A stretch of DNA of 53,764 bases. It comes from an uncultured Candidatus Saccharibacteria bacterium. GTDB lineage: Bacteria > Patescibacteriota > Saccharimonadia > Saccharimonadales > CAYOYH01. The DNA lies in contig CAZOFP010000006.1 in the NCBI GenBank assembly GCA_964579475.1, positions 1 to 53,764 of the forward strand, read 5' to 3'. Position 1 is the first letter of the stretch; every line of letters starts with the position of its first letter. This document shows positions 17,841 through 26,377 of the stretch, piece after piece. Below the pieces are notes generated by a model, which saw nothing but the letters and a program-made list of their open reading frames with translations, did not search any database and was not told the DNA's origin. A program made the translations under genes and the position numbers.

Positions 17841-18317
17841 AGTTAGCTGCATAATTGTATAGCTGTGCTCGGTGTGTTTGACGAAAGGCTCTAACGCAGA
17901 GCCTGCAATGAAGACGGTCGACGTGTTGTCGTTCGGGTGGAAGCCAAGTTCTTTTTCGTGAGTTAGTTCTTCGTCGACGACAACCATGACTTCCCCACTG
18001 TCTGCGTGCAACAAACTAAAAAGTGAAACCGCTCCAGGCGTTACACCCAAGACCCTTTTCAAAACTTCGGGTTTCGCAAACTCCAGTTTCTTCAGGTTCA
18101 GCGCTTCGCTTACTTGCTTCGCCTGGAGACGTTTGTCGCCAGACATAATCACCAGCACCAAACCCTCGCCTTTTCTTTCGCGAAGTAAAAGGCTCTTTAC
18201 CGGTACTTTGTCGTTCATAACCTTTTTCGACTCGGCAACAGTAAACACAGCCTCGTGCTGCTGCTCACGAAACTCGATACCTAGATCACTAAGCACCCCA
18301 AAGATACGACTTTTCAT
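17838..18317 (-). CDS. YbaK/ProXp-ala family aminoacyl-tRNA trans-editing deacylase
   Basis: HEAVFTVAES, VKSLLL, LGVTPGAVSLFSL, FHPNDNTST motifs. Confidence 0.85.
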   Translation of the reverse strand: MKSRIFGVLSDLGIEFREQQHEAVFTVAESKKVMNDKVPVKSLLLRERKGEGLVLVIMSGDKRLQAKQVSEALNLKKLEFAKPEVLKRVLGVTPGAVSLFSLLHADSGEVMVVVDEELTHEKELGFHPNDNTSTVFIAGSALEPFVKHTEHSYTIMQLT

Positions 18318-18323
18318 CTGAGG

Positions 18324-18797
18324 TTACTTGAAGTACTGCTTAACCTGGAAAAGAAAGTAAAAGCCGATTGCTGCACCTAGAAGTGACCCTAAAAGATTAC
18401 TCACTGCCGATGGATACGCTAGCCACTGCAGAAGCCCAAAAGCCAGGTAGAAAAATTCTAGGTAAAATACCAGCTTCCAGCCTTCTTGCTTCATGGCTTT
18501 TAGCGGCGAAACAGCTTTGAATGAAAAGACTAAATACACGATTAGTGCTACTAGTGCTATCCAGCCAAAGAACCCATAGCTCACTCCGTAAGCACCGTAC
18601 GCAACTGACACGGTCGTTAAGATACCCAGTGCAGCTAGAAGCGCAAATGCCGCGAAGGTCATAAGCACTGCCCCAACCAAAACAAAAACCCAGGCGTATT
18701 TAGCTATCCATGCGCTTACATTCTTCGGCAAGTTCGGTGCGCTTTTATACCACTCCCCTATTTGTTTCTCCAATCCGTCTAACGTTGTAAGATTCAT
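18324..18797 (-). CDS. Hypothetical 4-TM membrane protein
   Basis: Four hydrophobic segments; own extended -10 TGaTATAAT (18824-18832) and AGGAGG RBS. Confidence 0.75.
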   Translation of the reverse strand: MNLTTLDGLEKQIGEWYKSAPNLPKNVSAWIAKYAWVFVLVGAVLMTFAAFALLAALGILTTVSVAYGAYGVSYGFFGWIALVALIVYLVFSFKAVSPLKAMKQEGWKLVFYLEFFYLAFGLLQWLAYPSAVSNLLGSLLGAAIGFYFLFQVKQYFK

Positions 18798-18859
18798 TTC
18801 CCCTCCTAATGATTAATTGAGCCAATTATATCACGCACGTAAACAGAGATGACTACTAT

Positions 18860-20341
18860 CTACCTAAGTTGCTCGACGATTTCATCAATCGACACCCTTT
18901 TTTGCTCCATTGTGTCGCGGTCGCGGATGGTTACAGCTTTGTCTTCTAGAGTTTCGAAGTCTACGGTTATGCATTTCGGCGTACCGATTTCGTCCTGACG
19001 GCGGTAGCGTTTACCAATACTCTGCGTCTCGTCGTATTCGACTGTCAGATTGGTGTCGCCAACTAGTTTGGCGTAAAGCTCATGTGCCACTTTTTGCAGC
19101 TTAGGTTTTTTGCTCAGTGGTAGAATCGCCACGTCGACTGGCGAGATGCCTTTTGCTAGTTTGAGCACTACCCTCTTTTCACCTTCTACTTCTTCCTCAG
19201 TGTAGGCTGAATGCAATGCCGCGAGCATCAACCGACTGACACCAATCGATGGCTCAATAACATAAGGAGTGATGTGCTCATTCTTCGCTGTGTCGAAATA
19301 CGTCAGGTCTTTACCGCTACCCTCGGAGTGCGCTTTCAGGTCATAATCTGTTCTGTTAGCAATTCCCCACAGCTCTTTGGAGCCAAATGGATAAGCGTAG
19401 TTGATATCCCAGCTGTCGGCTGCGTAGTGAGCCTTTTCGGCGTCGTCATGTTGGTGCCACTCTAAATTGTCTTCATTCAGCCCGATTACTTTGAGCCAAT
19501 CCCAGGCAATCTGTTTCCAGCTTTCCAGTTCGGCGTCGGCATTTTCGGGGTTTACGAAGTACTCAATTTCCATTTGCTCGAACTCTCGTACACGGAAAAG
19601 AAATTCGCGTGGACTTATCTCGTTTCTAAAAGCTTTGCCGATTTGCGCGATACCAAACGGTAGCTTGGCGCGAGTCGTTTCAAGCACTTGGTCAAAGTTG
19701 GCAAAAATCCCACCGGCGGTTTCTGGACGTAGAAACCCAACTGACTTTTGATCATAGAACATAAATCCATTCAGTTCGTTAAAGTCGTCATGTAGTGTGA
19801 ACTTATCGATGCTTCCATTAGCCTTGTTAAACCTCACCTCGGCCTCTAATGAGACAGCTTTCTTATGGTCTACGCTCGTGTATTTTGGACCTACAACAGT
19901 CTTAAACATCATATTGAAGACTTCTACTTTGCCGAACTTACCTATTGCTTTACATTTTGGACATTCAATTTCAGCAAGAAATGGCTCATATTCTAATGGA
20001 TTGTCGAACTCTTTACCTACTAAATGATCAGCACGATGTGCTGTATGACATTTAAGACATTCCACCATCGGATCGTAAAATCCATCAACATGTCCACTAG
20101 CTTCCCAAAGTTTACGGTTTTGGATGATTGCAGAATCTAGACCGTGTATGTTCGGCACACTACGAACAAATGCATCCCACCAAGCGTCTTTAAGATTGCG
20201 CACCATCTGCGCACCGTACGGGCCGTAGTCATAAAAACCAGAGATACCCCCGTAAATTTCAGAGCTAGGAAACACAAAACCCCGCCGCTTGGCAAGACTA
20301 ACTAGTGTTTCTAAGCTAACATCATCTTTTTCATTTTTCAT
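18860..20341 (-). CDS. glyQS: Glycyl-tRNA synthetase, alpha2 (eukaryote/archaea-like) type
   Basis: KRRGF..SSEIYGG..YDYGPYG, WEASGH, LRPETA, QIGKAFRNEI, REFEQME, GIANRTDYDL, IEPSIG, SIGKRYRRQDEIGTP. Start at ATG 20341. Confidence 0.95.
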   Translation of the reverse strand: MKNEKDDVSLETLVSLAKRRGFVFPSSEIYGGISGFYDYGPYGAQMVRNLKDAWWDAFVRSVPNIHGLDSAIIQNRKLWEASGHVDGFYDPMVECLKCHTAHRADHLVGKEFDNPLEYEPFLAEIECPKCKAIGKFGKVEVFNMMFKTVVGPKYTSVDHKKAVSLEAEVRFNKANGSIDKFTLHDDFNELNGFMFYDQKSVGFLRPETAGGIFANFDQVLETTRAKLPFGIAQIGKAFRNEISPREFLFRVREFEQMEIEYFVNPENADAELESWKQIAWDWLKVIGLNEDNLEWHQHDDAEKAHYAADSWDINYAYPFGSKELWGIANRTDYDLKAHSEGSGKDLTYFDTAKNEHITPYVIEPSIGVSRLMLAALHSAYTEEEVEGEKRVVLKLAKGISPVDVAILPLSKKPKLQKVAHELYAKLVGDTNLTVEYDETQSIGKRYRRQDEIGTPKCITVDFETLEDKAVTIRDRDTMEQKRVSIDEIVEQLR

Positions 20342-20395
20342 CACCCTTAGTATCTGTGAAACTAATGGTTCTATCAAGTTTGTCTATTCTTTGAG

Positions 20396-20896
20396 CTATG
20401 TATTCATCAAGCTTTCTCTGTTGTCGAATAGTTCTAAAACTACCTCTTCTTCGCTACGCCCATCGTATATCATCGCTTTTGCACCAGTATCGTCTATTCT
20501 CGCACGTAGTATTTCTTTCACGCCCTCACCAACCCCATTTCTAGCAGTTAGGTCAGATAACACAAAATCGAGAGGCTCAAAATCTTCGCGACCGTTATAT
20601 ATGAAGTTAGCCTCCAGTGAGTATCTCCTTGTTTTGTCCACGATAATATCAAGTTCAGAGGACTTGGCAGGGTCATCATTCTGCCGTCTTTCGAGTACTG
20701 GCGAGAATCTAATCGTTATATTACGAAAAATTGCCGGAGTAATACCTCTTTCTCTTAGACCTCGCAGATACCCATCTATTTTTACTGAACGCAAGAATAT
20801 GCCAGACAAACAACTAAATGCAACATTGGCAAGCTCAGGAGACATCTCATGTCCTTGGTGCTTGGCTTCAAGCCGATTTTGTATGTCTTCACTCAT
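20396..20896 (-). CDS. Hypothetical protein
   Basis: 166-aa ORF co-oriented with neighbours; no recognisable motif. Confidence 0.6.
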   Translation of the reverse strand: MSEDIQNRLEAKHQGHEMSPELANVAFSCLSGIFLRSVKIDGYLRGLRERGITPAIFRNITIRFSPVLERRQNDDPAKSSELDIIVDKTRRYSLEANFIYNGREDFEPLDFVLSDLTARNGVGEGVKEILRARIDDTGAKAMIYDGRSEEEVVLELFDNRESLMNT

Positions 20897-20939
20897 AACT
20901 ACTTATTATTCATCTTTTTACAAAATTCACAATCCATGA

Positions 20940-21272
20940 TTATGCCTGTTCTCCCTCGATCATACCGGCAAATTCTTGAATCATGTTAACGTTATCAGGA
21001 GTCAGGCTACTCATGTCAAAACTTCCTTCAAAGACTACTGCCGTAACTTCGTTGGGTGAGCGCCGATTTATTTTTGTAATACTATTACCGTACTCAACTA
21101 ACGAGGTCAGCATACCTTTAACGCCAATCGGTACACTGCGTATCGAATACAACCTTCCGTCTGGAGTATCTATATCTCGATTCAGTTGAACGCGTTCTGC
21201 ATAGCCTTGAAACCACTCTATCGCATTGTACTTCGCCTCTTCTGTTGCTTTGCACTCACCTTTTTCACTCAT
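20940..21272 (-). CDS. Hypothetical protein
   Basis: 110 aa; ATGA overlap with the upstream ORF. Confidence 0.65.
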   Translation of the reverse strand: MSEKGECKATEEAKYNAIEWFQGYAERVQLNRDIDTPDGRLYSIRSVPIGVKGMLTSLVEYGNSITKINRRSPNEVTAVVFEGSFDMSSLTPDNVNMIQEFAGMIEGEQA

Positions 21273-21655
21273 TTGTCATTCGATCCCCAACGCCCGACGG
21301 TACTTTCGATTATCGATGCTGCCCAGAGAACGCCCCTACCTTTTCCTGAATTATAACTATATTCGATTGCTCCGTTCGAATCTCTATGGAGTTTGGCTAC
21401 GAATATGCTGTCGCCTGCACCGTTAATTTCATGAACTGTCACCGCCCCGTTATCTGCAACGTCTATCACAGTTGGCAGCTCACCGCTTACTAAATCGAAG
21501 TGCTCTTGGTTATCTGTCGTACCTGGCCCGACATCTTCTTTCTTGAATTTCGCAATCAGTATTTCGAGGGCTTCTACAAGTTGTTCCTCGTCTTTTTCCT
21601 CATTAGGAGTAGTGAAGGAGGTTTCGGTTATTCTAGTCGTTGCTGCAACACTCAT
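21269..21655 (-). CDS. Hypothetical protein
   Basis: 128 aa, acidic; coupled by overlaps on both sides. Confidence 0.65.
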   Translation of the reverse strand: MSVAATTRITETSFTTPNEEKDEEQLVEALEILIAKFKKEDVGPGTTDNQEHFDLVSGELPTVIDVADNGAVTVHEINGAGDSIFVAKLHRDSNGAIEYSYNSGKGRGVLWAASIIESTVGRWGSNDK

Positions 21656-21768
21656 TACAAATCCTCGATGCTATCACCCGTAATCAACTCACCGAGTTTA
21701 GGTGCTAAGAAGCTTTCAATACGAGTATCTATCTCTTCTTCTGGTATAGGCAAACCTTCAGCGCTCAA
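21655..21768 (-). CDS. 37-aa acidic micro-ORF MSAEGLPIPEEEIDTRIESFLAPKLGELITGDSIEDL
   Basis: TTG start overlaps the upstream TGA (TTGA) with GAGGAG just upstream; its TAA overlaps the next ATG (TAATG). Fills the gap exactly. Confidence 0.6.
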   Translation of the reverse strand: MSAEGLPIPEEEIDTRIESFLAPKLGELITGDSIEDL

Positions 21769-22469
21769 TTGAAATCTCCTCTTTCGAAACTCACAGCTTC
21801 GCCAATGTTGACGAAGGAGATGTCTTGGTCTTGGTACTTTTCGCCCGCTTCTCTAATCGATTTGAAAAGATCTTGAGGTTCATCATAAATCTCAACATGC
21901 CCAATTTGATAATCAGGATTGCTCGCCCCTTTAGCAACGAGGGACAGCTTGAACAACTGTCCTTCACTGTCAACAAGCTTGGACGTTACCCCCATGTCCT
22001 CAGAGAATGGCATTATTTCAGTATTTACGGCACCTTTCCCTTCATTTCTTGTGAACATGACATTTGAAATCCCGTCTATTGTATAAACAATTGGGTCGCG
22101 TATTACTTCCATCTTTCCATCTTCAGTACTTCCAATATGTATCGCAAATCCAGGCAACTTAACCATGCCTTCATAGTCGCCTTTTTCAAAAGCTGTTTCG
22201 AACGACTTGATTATTTCTGCTTCGTATTTCTTCTCATTAAGCTCCAACTTTGTATCGATTTCACCTTCCACCCATTCGGTTGTTGTTTGATTGCCATCTG
22301 GTAATTGATGCTCACCGCCACTGGTTATCTGTTTTACGCCGAACAATCCTCCGCCTGCAAGAGCAAGACCTGCAAGCACTGATGCTAGCGCCTTTTTACG
22401 TCTAGGTACTTTTCTTTCCTTCGCAGCAATTTTTTCCTTTTGTGGTGCTGGTGATTGTTCAGAACTCAT
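21765..22469 (-). CDS. Hypothetical membrane-anchored protein
   Basis: Basic stretch (KVPRRKK), then TM ALASVLAGLALAGGGLFGV, then a soluble domain. Confidence 0.7.
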   Translation of the reverse strand: MSSEQSPAPQKEKIAAKERKVPRRKKALASVLAGLALAGGGLFGVKQITSGGEHQLPDGNQTTTEWVEGEIDTKLELNEKKYEAEIIKSFETAFEKGDYEGMVKLPGFAIHIGSTEDGKMEVIRDPIVYTIDGISNVMFTRNEGKGAVNTEIMPFSEDMGVTSKLVDSEGQLFKLSLVAKGASNPDYQIGHVEIYDEPQDLFKSIREAGEKYQDQDISFVNIGEAVSFERGDFN

Positions 22470-22862
22470 TTATTCACCATTCGCAAACTTATTGAACGCT
22501 TCTTCATCTGCAACACCATCCATGTACTGAGTTGGCTCGAACGAAGTCTCTGGTGAATGACTAGAATTTGAGGTGCCTCCCGGTAGCGAGTAACTAATGC
22601 CGCCAGGCTCGAGCAGGTGATCTTCATCAGCAAACTTTATCTCGTCATGAGGCACTTCATCCGTCACTCCATCTCTTTCTCTACGTGCAGCTGCTAAAGT
22701 GACCTCCAGCTCCCCCCTCTTTGCCTCAGGAATATGTTCAGAGTTATCTAATCGCGCTTTGAGATGAGCTATTGCAATTTGTAGTTCCGAATTATCGCCT
22801 TTGGCGTCAAAAAGATTTTCTGGTTTGTCACCTGGTCTATCTAATACTGTTTCTTGGGTCAT
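22470..22862 (-). CDS. Hypothetical acidic protein
   Basis: 130 aa; first gene after the promoter at 22893-22921; stop abuts the next ATG. Confidence 0.7.
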   Translation of the reverse strand: MTQETVLDRPGDKPENLFDAKGDNSELQIAIAHLKARLDNSEHIPEAKRGELEVTLAAARRERDGVTDEVPHDEIKFADEDHLLEPGGISYSLPGGTSNSSHSPETSFEPTQYMDGVADEEAFNKFANGE

Positions 22863-22892
22863 TTTTTGTTTTCTTGCTTAATTTATGATTAA

Positions 22893-22922
22893 ACATTAGC
22901 ATAATGTTGACCAGATGTCAAC
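22893..22922 (-). promoter_or_regulatory. Promoter TTGACA-N17-TAATGT with overlapping inverted repeat
   Basis: Minus-strand -35 at 22916-22921, extended TGc, -10 at 22893-22898; palindrome GTTGAC-N5-GTCAAC 22906-22922 covers the -35. Confidence 0.6.
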
Positions 22923-22927
22923 TGTAT

Positions 22928-23617
22928 TTAGGCGCCTGGTGTATTTTTGTAAATTCTATCGATAAGCTCGGCTGATTCCTCTACCGCCTTCGTCGCACCA
23001 TGAACTTTTGCAACAATCTCCGGACGCTGAGTCATCAGCAACCGCCAAGTCTTTATGTGGTTGGCCAACAAATTACCCTTTAAATCTTTGGTCAGCGAAC
23101 CCTCGCGCAGATCATAGGTGTAGGTGCTGTTGGCGTCCAGTTTTTGCCCCGCTGTGTCGCGTAACAAATCTGGCTCCAAACCCATTAGTTTTAAAATATT
23201 CATCTTGTACCATGCTTCACTCAAGATAACTGGTATTTCTAGGTTGTTAAGTGTTGCCAGCGATGTATTCAGCACTTCGTAGAATTCGCTACCAGCCCCA
23301 TCTTCCGTCAAATCATTTATGAATTTAATAACTTGATAGGCAGATGCTACCCGTTCGTAATCTGTAACAATGTACTTGTAGTATTCAACTAATCTAGCGG
23401 AGGCCAAAATGCCTAAATCACCTCTGCCTTCGACAATCGTCACTTCGGTTTCTGAAAACAGTTCTATGCCACCAGCTAGTTTGCTCTTCTCACGCCGAAC
23501 ACCCTTGGCTATAACCGCAATCTTGCCGTGACTTGGTGTTAAGAAAGTTATCACTCGATCTGCCTCGCCGTAGTCTACGCGGCGAAGGATTATTGCCTTA
23601 GTGTTATATCGATTCAC
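22928..23617 (-). CDS. recO: DNA repair protein RecO
   Basis: AIILRRVDYGEADRVITFLTPSHGKIAVIAKGVRREKSKLAGGIELF OB-fold; zinc-finger cysteines absent. Confidence 0.93.
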   Translation of the reverse strand: MNRYNTKAIILRRVDYGEADRVITFLTPSHGKIAVIAKGVRREKSKLAGGIELFSETEVTIVEGRGDLGILASARLVEYYKYIVTDYERVASAYQVIKFINDLTEDGAGSEFYEVLNTSLATLNNLEIPVILSEAWYKMNILKLMGLEPDLLRDTAGQKLDANSTYTYDLREGSLTKDLKGNLLANHIKTWRLLMTQRPEIVAKVHGATKAVEESAELIDRIYKNTPGA

Positions 23618-23984
23618 TGGCTATCCCTTCAGCCAGCTTCACCACTTCGGTTGGGGTGGTTTTTTGTTTAAAAATGATTTTTCGCACCGAATATTTGGCT
23701 AAATCTTTGTCGGCAATCTTGAACGTTGAGGGGTGATTGTCGGTCATTAGTATTATCGGGATGTTTTGCCAGTCTTTATAAGAACTAAGTTCATGAATCA
23801 CTTCCACTCCACTTCGCCCTGGCAAAATTAAATCTAGAAGAATCAAATCCACCTCTGTTTTATCAAGTTTGTTCAGTGCATCTTGAGCGCCGTGGGCGTT
23901 AATAGCTTCATGCCCAGCAGCCTCAAACCCATCGCGGTACATTTCTGCCAGCATTTTGTCGTCTTCGATTATCAGAACTTTCAT
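23604..23984 (-). CDS. Single-domain response regulator (receiver)
   Basis: KVLIIEDD, LILLDLILPGRSG (phospho-Asp), IPIILMT, FK. Confidence 0.88.
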   Translation of the reverse strand: MKVLIIEDDKMLAEMYRDGFEAAGHEAINAHGAQDALNKLDKTEVDLILLDLILPGRSGVEVIHELSSYKDWQNIPIILMTDNHPSTFKIADKDLAKYSVRKIIFKQKTTPTEVVKLAEGIASESI

Positions 23985-24721
23985 CAGTCTACCAGCTGCA
24001 AATTAAGTTGTTGAGCTATCGGTAGTTCAATAAAGAAACTGCTTCCACCGTGAACCGGCTTTACGCCGACTATTCCATTTAAGCTTTGGACTAAGCGTAC
24101 GGTTGCAAATAGTCCAAGCCCGCTATCGCCAGCATGAGCTGGGTTTGGCGAATCGATTTTGCCGAGAGTATCCATAACTCTGTTCCAATCACTCTTGCGA
24201 ACACCCATTGTTTTGTCGCGAATAGTTAAGCGAGCGTAGCCTTTTTTCGATGCTTTCGACGGTCGAATTAAGATCTCGCTACTTGGTAATGAATACTTAA
24301 TAGCGTTGTCTACCAGGCTATAAATCGCATTTTCTAGAATGTGACGATTCGAAAGCACAACGTAGGATTTATGCCCAGCCTTAAGGACTAACTTCTGGTC
24401 GTATTCTTTAGCCTTTGGCTCCAACTGACTGGCGACACTACTGATAATTTCGTTAATGCTTATCGGCACCAGAGCCATTTGCTGCTGATCAACGATTACG
24501 TCGTTCACCTTCTCTATCGTTTCTAGTGTGCGTTCCATCTGCACTAAGCTCATAGAGATACGTGCGATATATTGGTCGTGTTTCTTTTTACTCAGTTTGC
24601 CGGCGGACATAAGGTCGTTCAGCCCTTTAATCAGAGCTATCGGAGCTTTTAAATCGTGCGTAGCCGCACTAATCAAATCTAGCGCCTCTTTCTGAATATG
24701 TTTGTCTTCGGACTGCGTCAC
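23984..24721 (-). CDS. Cytoplasmic histidine kinase core without a sensor domain
   Basis: H-box AATHDLKAPI, N-box SLVDNAIKYS, degenerate G1 (IRDKTMGV), G2 SGLGL; no TM or PAS segment. Confidence 0.82.
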   Translation of the reverse strand: MTQSEDKHIQKEALDLISAATHDLKAPIALIKGLNDLMSAGKLSKKKHDQYIARISMSLVQMERTLETIEKVNDVIVDQQQMALVPISINEIISSVASQLEPKAKEYDQKLVLKAGHKSYVVLSNRHILENAIYSLVDNAIKYSLPSSEILIRPSKASKKGYARLTIRDKTMGVRKSDWNRVMDTLGKIDSPNPAHAGDSGLGLFATVRLVQSLNGIVGVKPVHGGSSFFIELPIAQQLNLQLVD

Positions 24722-24813
24722 GTACCTACCCTCGTCTGGGCTATATTCTAACAGCTAGAGCAAGCTTCATGCGAGCATGAGCGAGTTGATAGTTTTTTGA
24801 TAAATGCTCGCCT

Positions 24814-25623
24814 CTAGGTAATGAAAATATTCGCAAGTTCTGGGTAGTGTGCATTGATTAGAGCTAGAAACAATATAAGGTCTAAGGTTAAGTGGATTGT
24901 GATTACATAAAAGAGAGAGTCTGTTTTGCTGAAAACATAACCCTGCAACAAAGCAAACGGAAAAATAACTAATGGGCCCCAGCCAGTGAAGCCAAGTTCA
25001 TACAAAAAAGCTGTGAACAGTATTGACTGCAGAATGTTTGCCCAGGAGAATTTTAGGTAGTGTCGCAACACACCTAAAACCGTGCTGACGAAGAACAGTT
25101 CATCCCATATCCCTAGTGCATTAGTACCGATGAAAAGACGACCAATACTTTCTATGTTGTTTTCAACAGTCCAATTAAGATATGCGCCTGTGCTCTTTAG
25201 GTAAAAAGGGAGGAATAAATAAGCCGCAAAGGCAGTTAAGAATATGTATAGGATTTCTTTTTTGAACCATTTGCGACCGTGGTGAAACCTGAAAGTGACA
25301 AAGTTGTCTTTGAACACGTAGCGAGAGAATAAATACGGAATGGTAACAGCCATAAACAGAACAATCCCCATTCGGATAAAGTTTTCGTTGCTCACATCAG
25401 TCGTGATAGGTATAAGTCCGAGTAGCCCCAACGAAATATAAAGTACCCCTATATGTTTACGGAAATCCACCCTAGTCGGCAACAACGAAAGCAACCCTGC
25501 CCCATACGCAGCCCAGCCCAGTGTCTTCATTTGAAGACCAATCAGTACTATTCCAGTTATCGCCAGTAGCACAAGAGGGATAACCTCTTGGTAGCTAACA
25601 GGACGTTTGTTTGAATTCGTCAT
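24814..25623 (-). CDS. CPBP (CAAX/Abi) family intramembrane protein
   Basis: Multi-TM, GIWDELFF and IHLTLD motifs (variant of EExxxR/HxxxN). Start placed at ATG 25623. Confidence 0.65.
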   Translation of the reverse strand: MTNSNKRPVSYQEVIPLVLLAITGIVLIGLQMKTLGWAAYGAGLLSLLPTRVDFRKHIGVLYISLGLLGLIPITTDVSNENFIRMGIVLFMAVTIPYLFSRYVFKDNFVTFRFHHGRKWFKKEILYIFLTAFAAYLFLPFYLKSTGAYLNWTVENNIESIGRLFIGTNALGIWDELFFVSTVLGVLRHYLKFSWANILQSILFTAFLYELGFTGWGPLVIFPFALLQGYVFSKTDSLFYVITIHLTLDLILFLALINAHYPELANIFIT

Positions 25624-25679
25624 TTCGTATAGATTATCATATTGACTAATTTTGTTGTCACAAAACAGAGCCAAATTAT

Positions 25680-25707
25680 TCTAGCCTCTAGAGTCTATCG
25701 TCTAACC
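25680..25707. repeat. Heptamer tandem array (TCTAnnn x4)
   Basis: TCTAGCC TCTAGAG TCTATCG TCTAACC, immediately after the stop codon at 25708-25710. Confidence 0.8.
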
Positions 25708-26358
25708 TCAGGGTGAATATGTCAGATTTGAAATAATCTTATTAAAATCAGCCATGTAGTCTGTCGATTCGGTAGAAATCATCAAGGTCTTATCGCGCAG
25801 AGGAAGCAGTACGATTGCGCCGTTTACTTCTCTCTCAATCAAACCATCTAGTCTTGTACCTTTTGTTCCAGAAATTGTTATCGATTTGGCTCGAAGCTCC
25901 CCCTTTTCAACTTTCTTTTGGTAGCTAGCCAACTCTTTGGTGTAGTCAGAGCTAGACAAACTAACCCGCGTCGCATACAAGATATCGCTGTCGGTAGACG
26001 GAACAAAGTCTGGATGGAAGTATCCCTCAAGCTTTACCGCTCCGGTCTCCTTGGCCTGAACATATGCACTCCAAGATTTCGGATAGACAATCTTCACGCT
26101 ACCCAAAGTGCTTGGACTGACGTAAGTCTTGTATGGACTCTTCTGCTCCTCGGCGAACTCAGCACGAAGCGCTTCTTCTTGATCTTTTTTGGCAGCTACG
26201 ACTTCTGTGGCAACTATGGCATCAACATTGCTCTTTTGATCGTTATAGCTTGAATACGCCCAAACGCTAAAAACACCAAAACCAAGCGCCAGTAACAGCA
26301 CCACCACAAACGGCAGTATCAGTGGGTCGATGCGACCTCGTTCATCAAGTTTAAGCAT
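25708..26358 (-). CDS. Membrane-anchored extracytoplasmic protein (PsbP-like C-terminal fold suspected)
   Basis: KLDERG followed by a hydrophobic helix, coiled segment, then KIVYPKSW...FNKIISNLTY pattern; start at ATG 26358 six nt after TAAACT. Confidence 0.6.
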   Translation of the reverse strand: MLKLDERGRIDPLILPFVVVLLLALGFGVFSVWAYSSYNDQKSNVDAIVATEVVAAKKDQEEALRAEFAEEQKSPYKTYVSPSTLGSVKIVYPKSWSAYVQAKETGAVKLEGYFHPDFVPSTDSDILYATRVSLSSSDYTKELASYQKKVEKGELRAKSITISGTKGTRLDGLIEREVNGAIVLLPLRDKTLMISTESTDYMADFNKIISNLTYSP

Positions 26359-26377
26359 AACCATAGTTTACACGAAT

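Noticed and set aside
20289..20939. Long antisense ORFs (also 37363-37920, 39121-39765, 52951-53694)
   Set aside because: Shadows of better-supported minus-strand genes; Ser-rich and without motifs.
20396..22862. Orphan cluster as a prophage or integrative element
   Set aside because: No integrase, att repeats, tRNA target or phage motifs seen.
24771..24811. GCGAGCAT...ATGCTCGC inverted repeat
   Set aside because: 8-bp stem with a long loop; may be a weak terminator or decayed repeat, too little to call.
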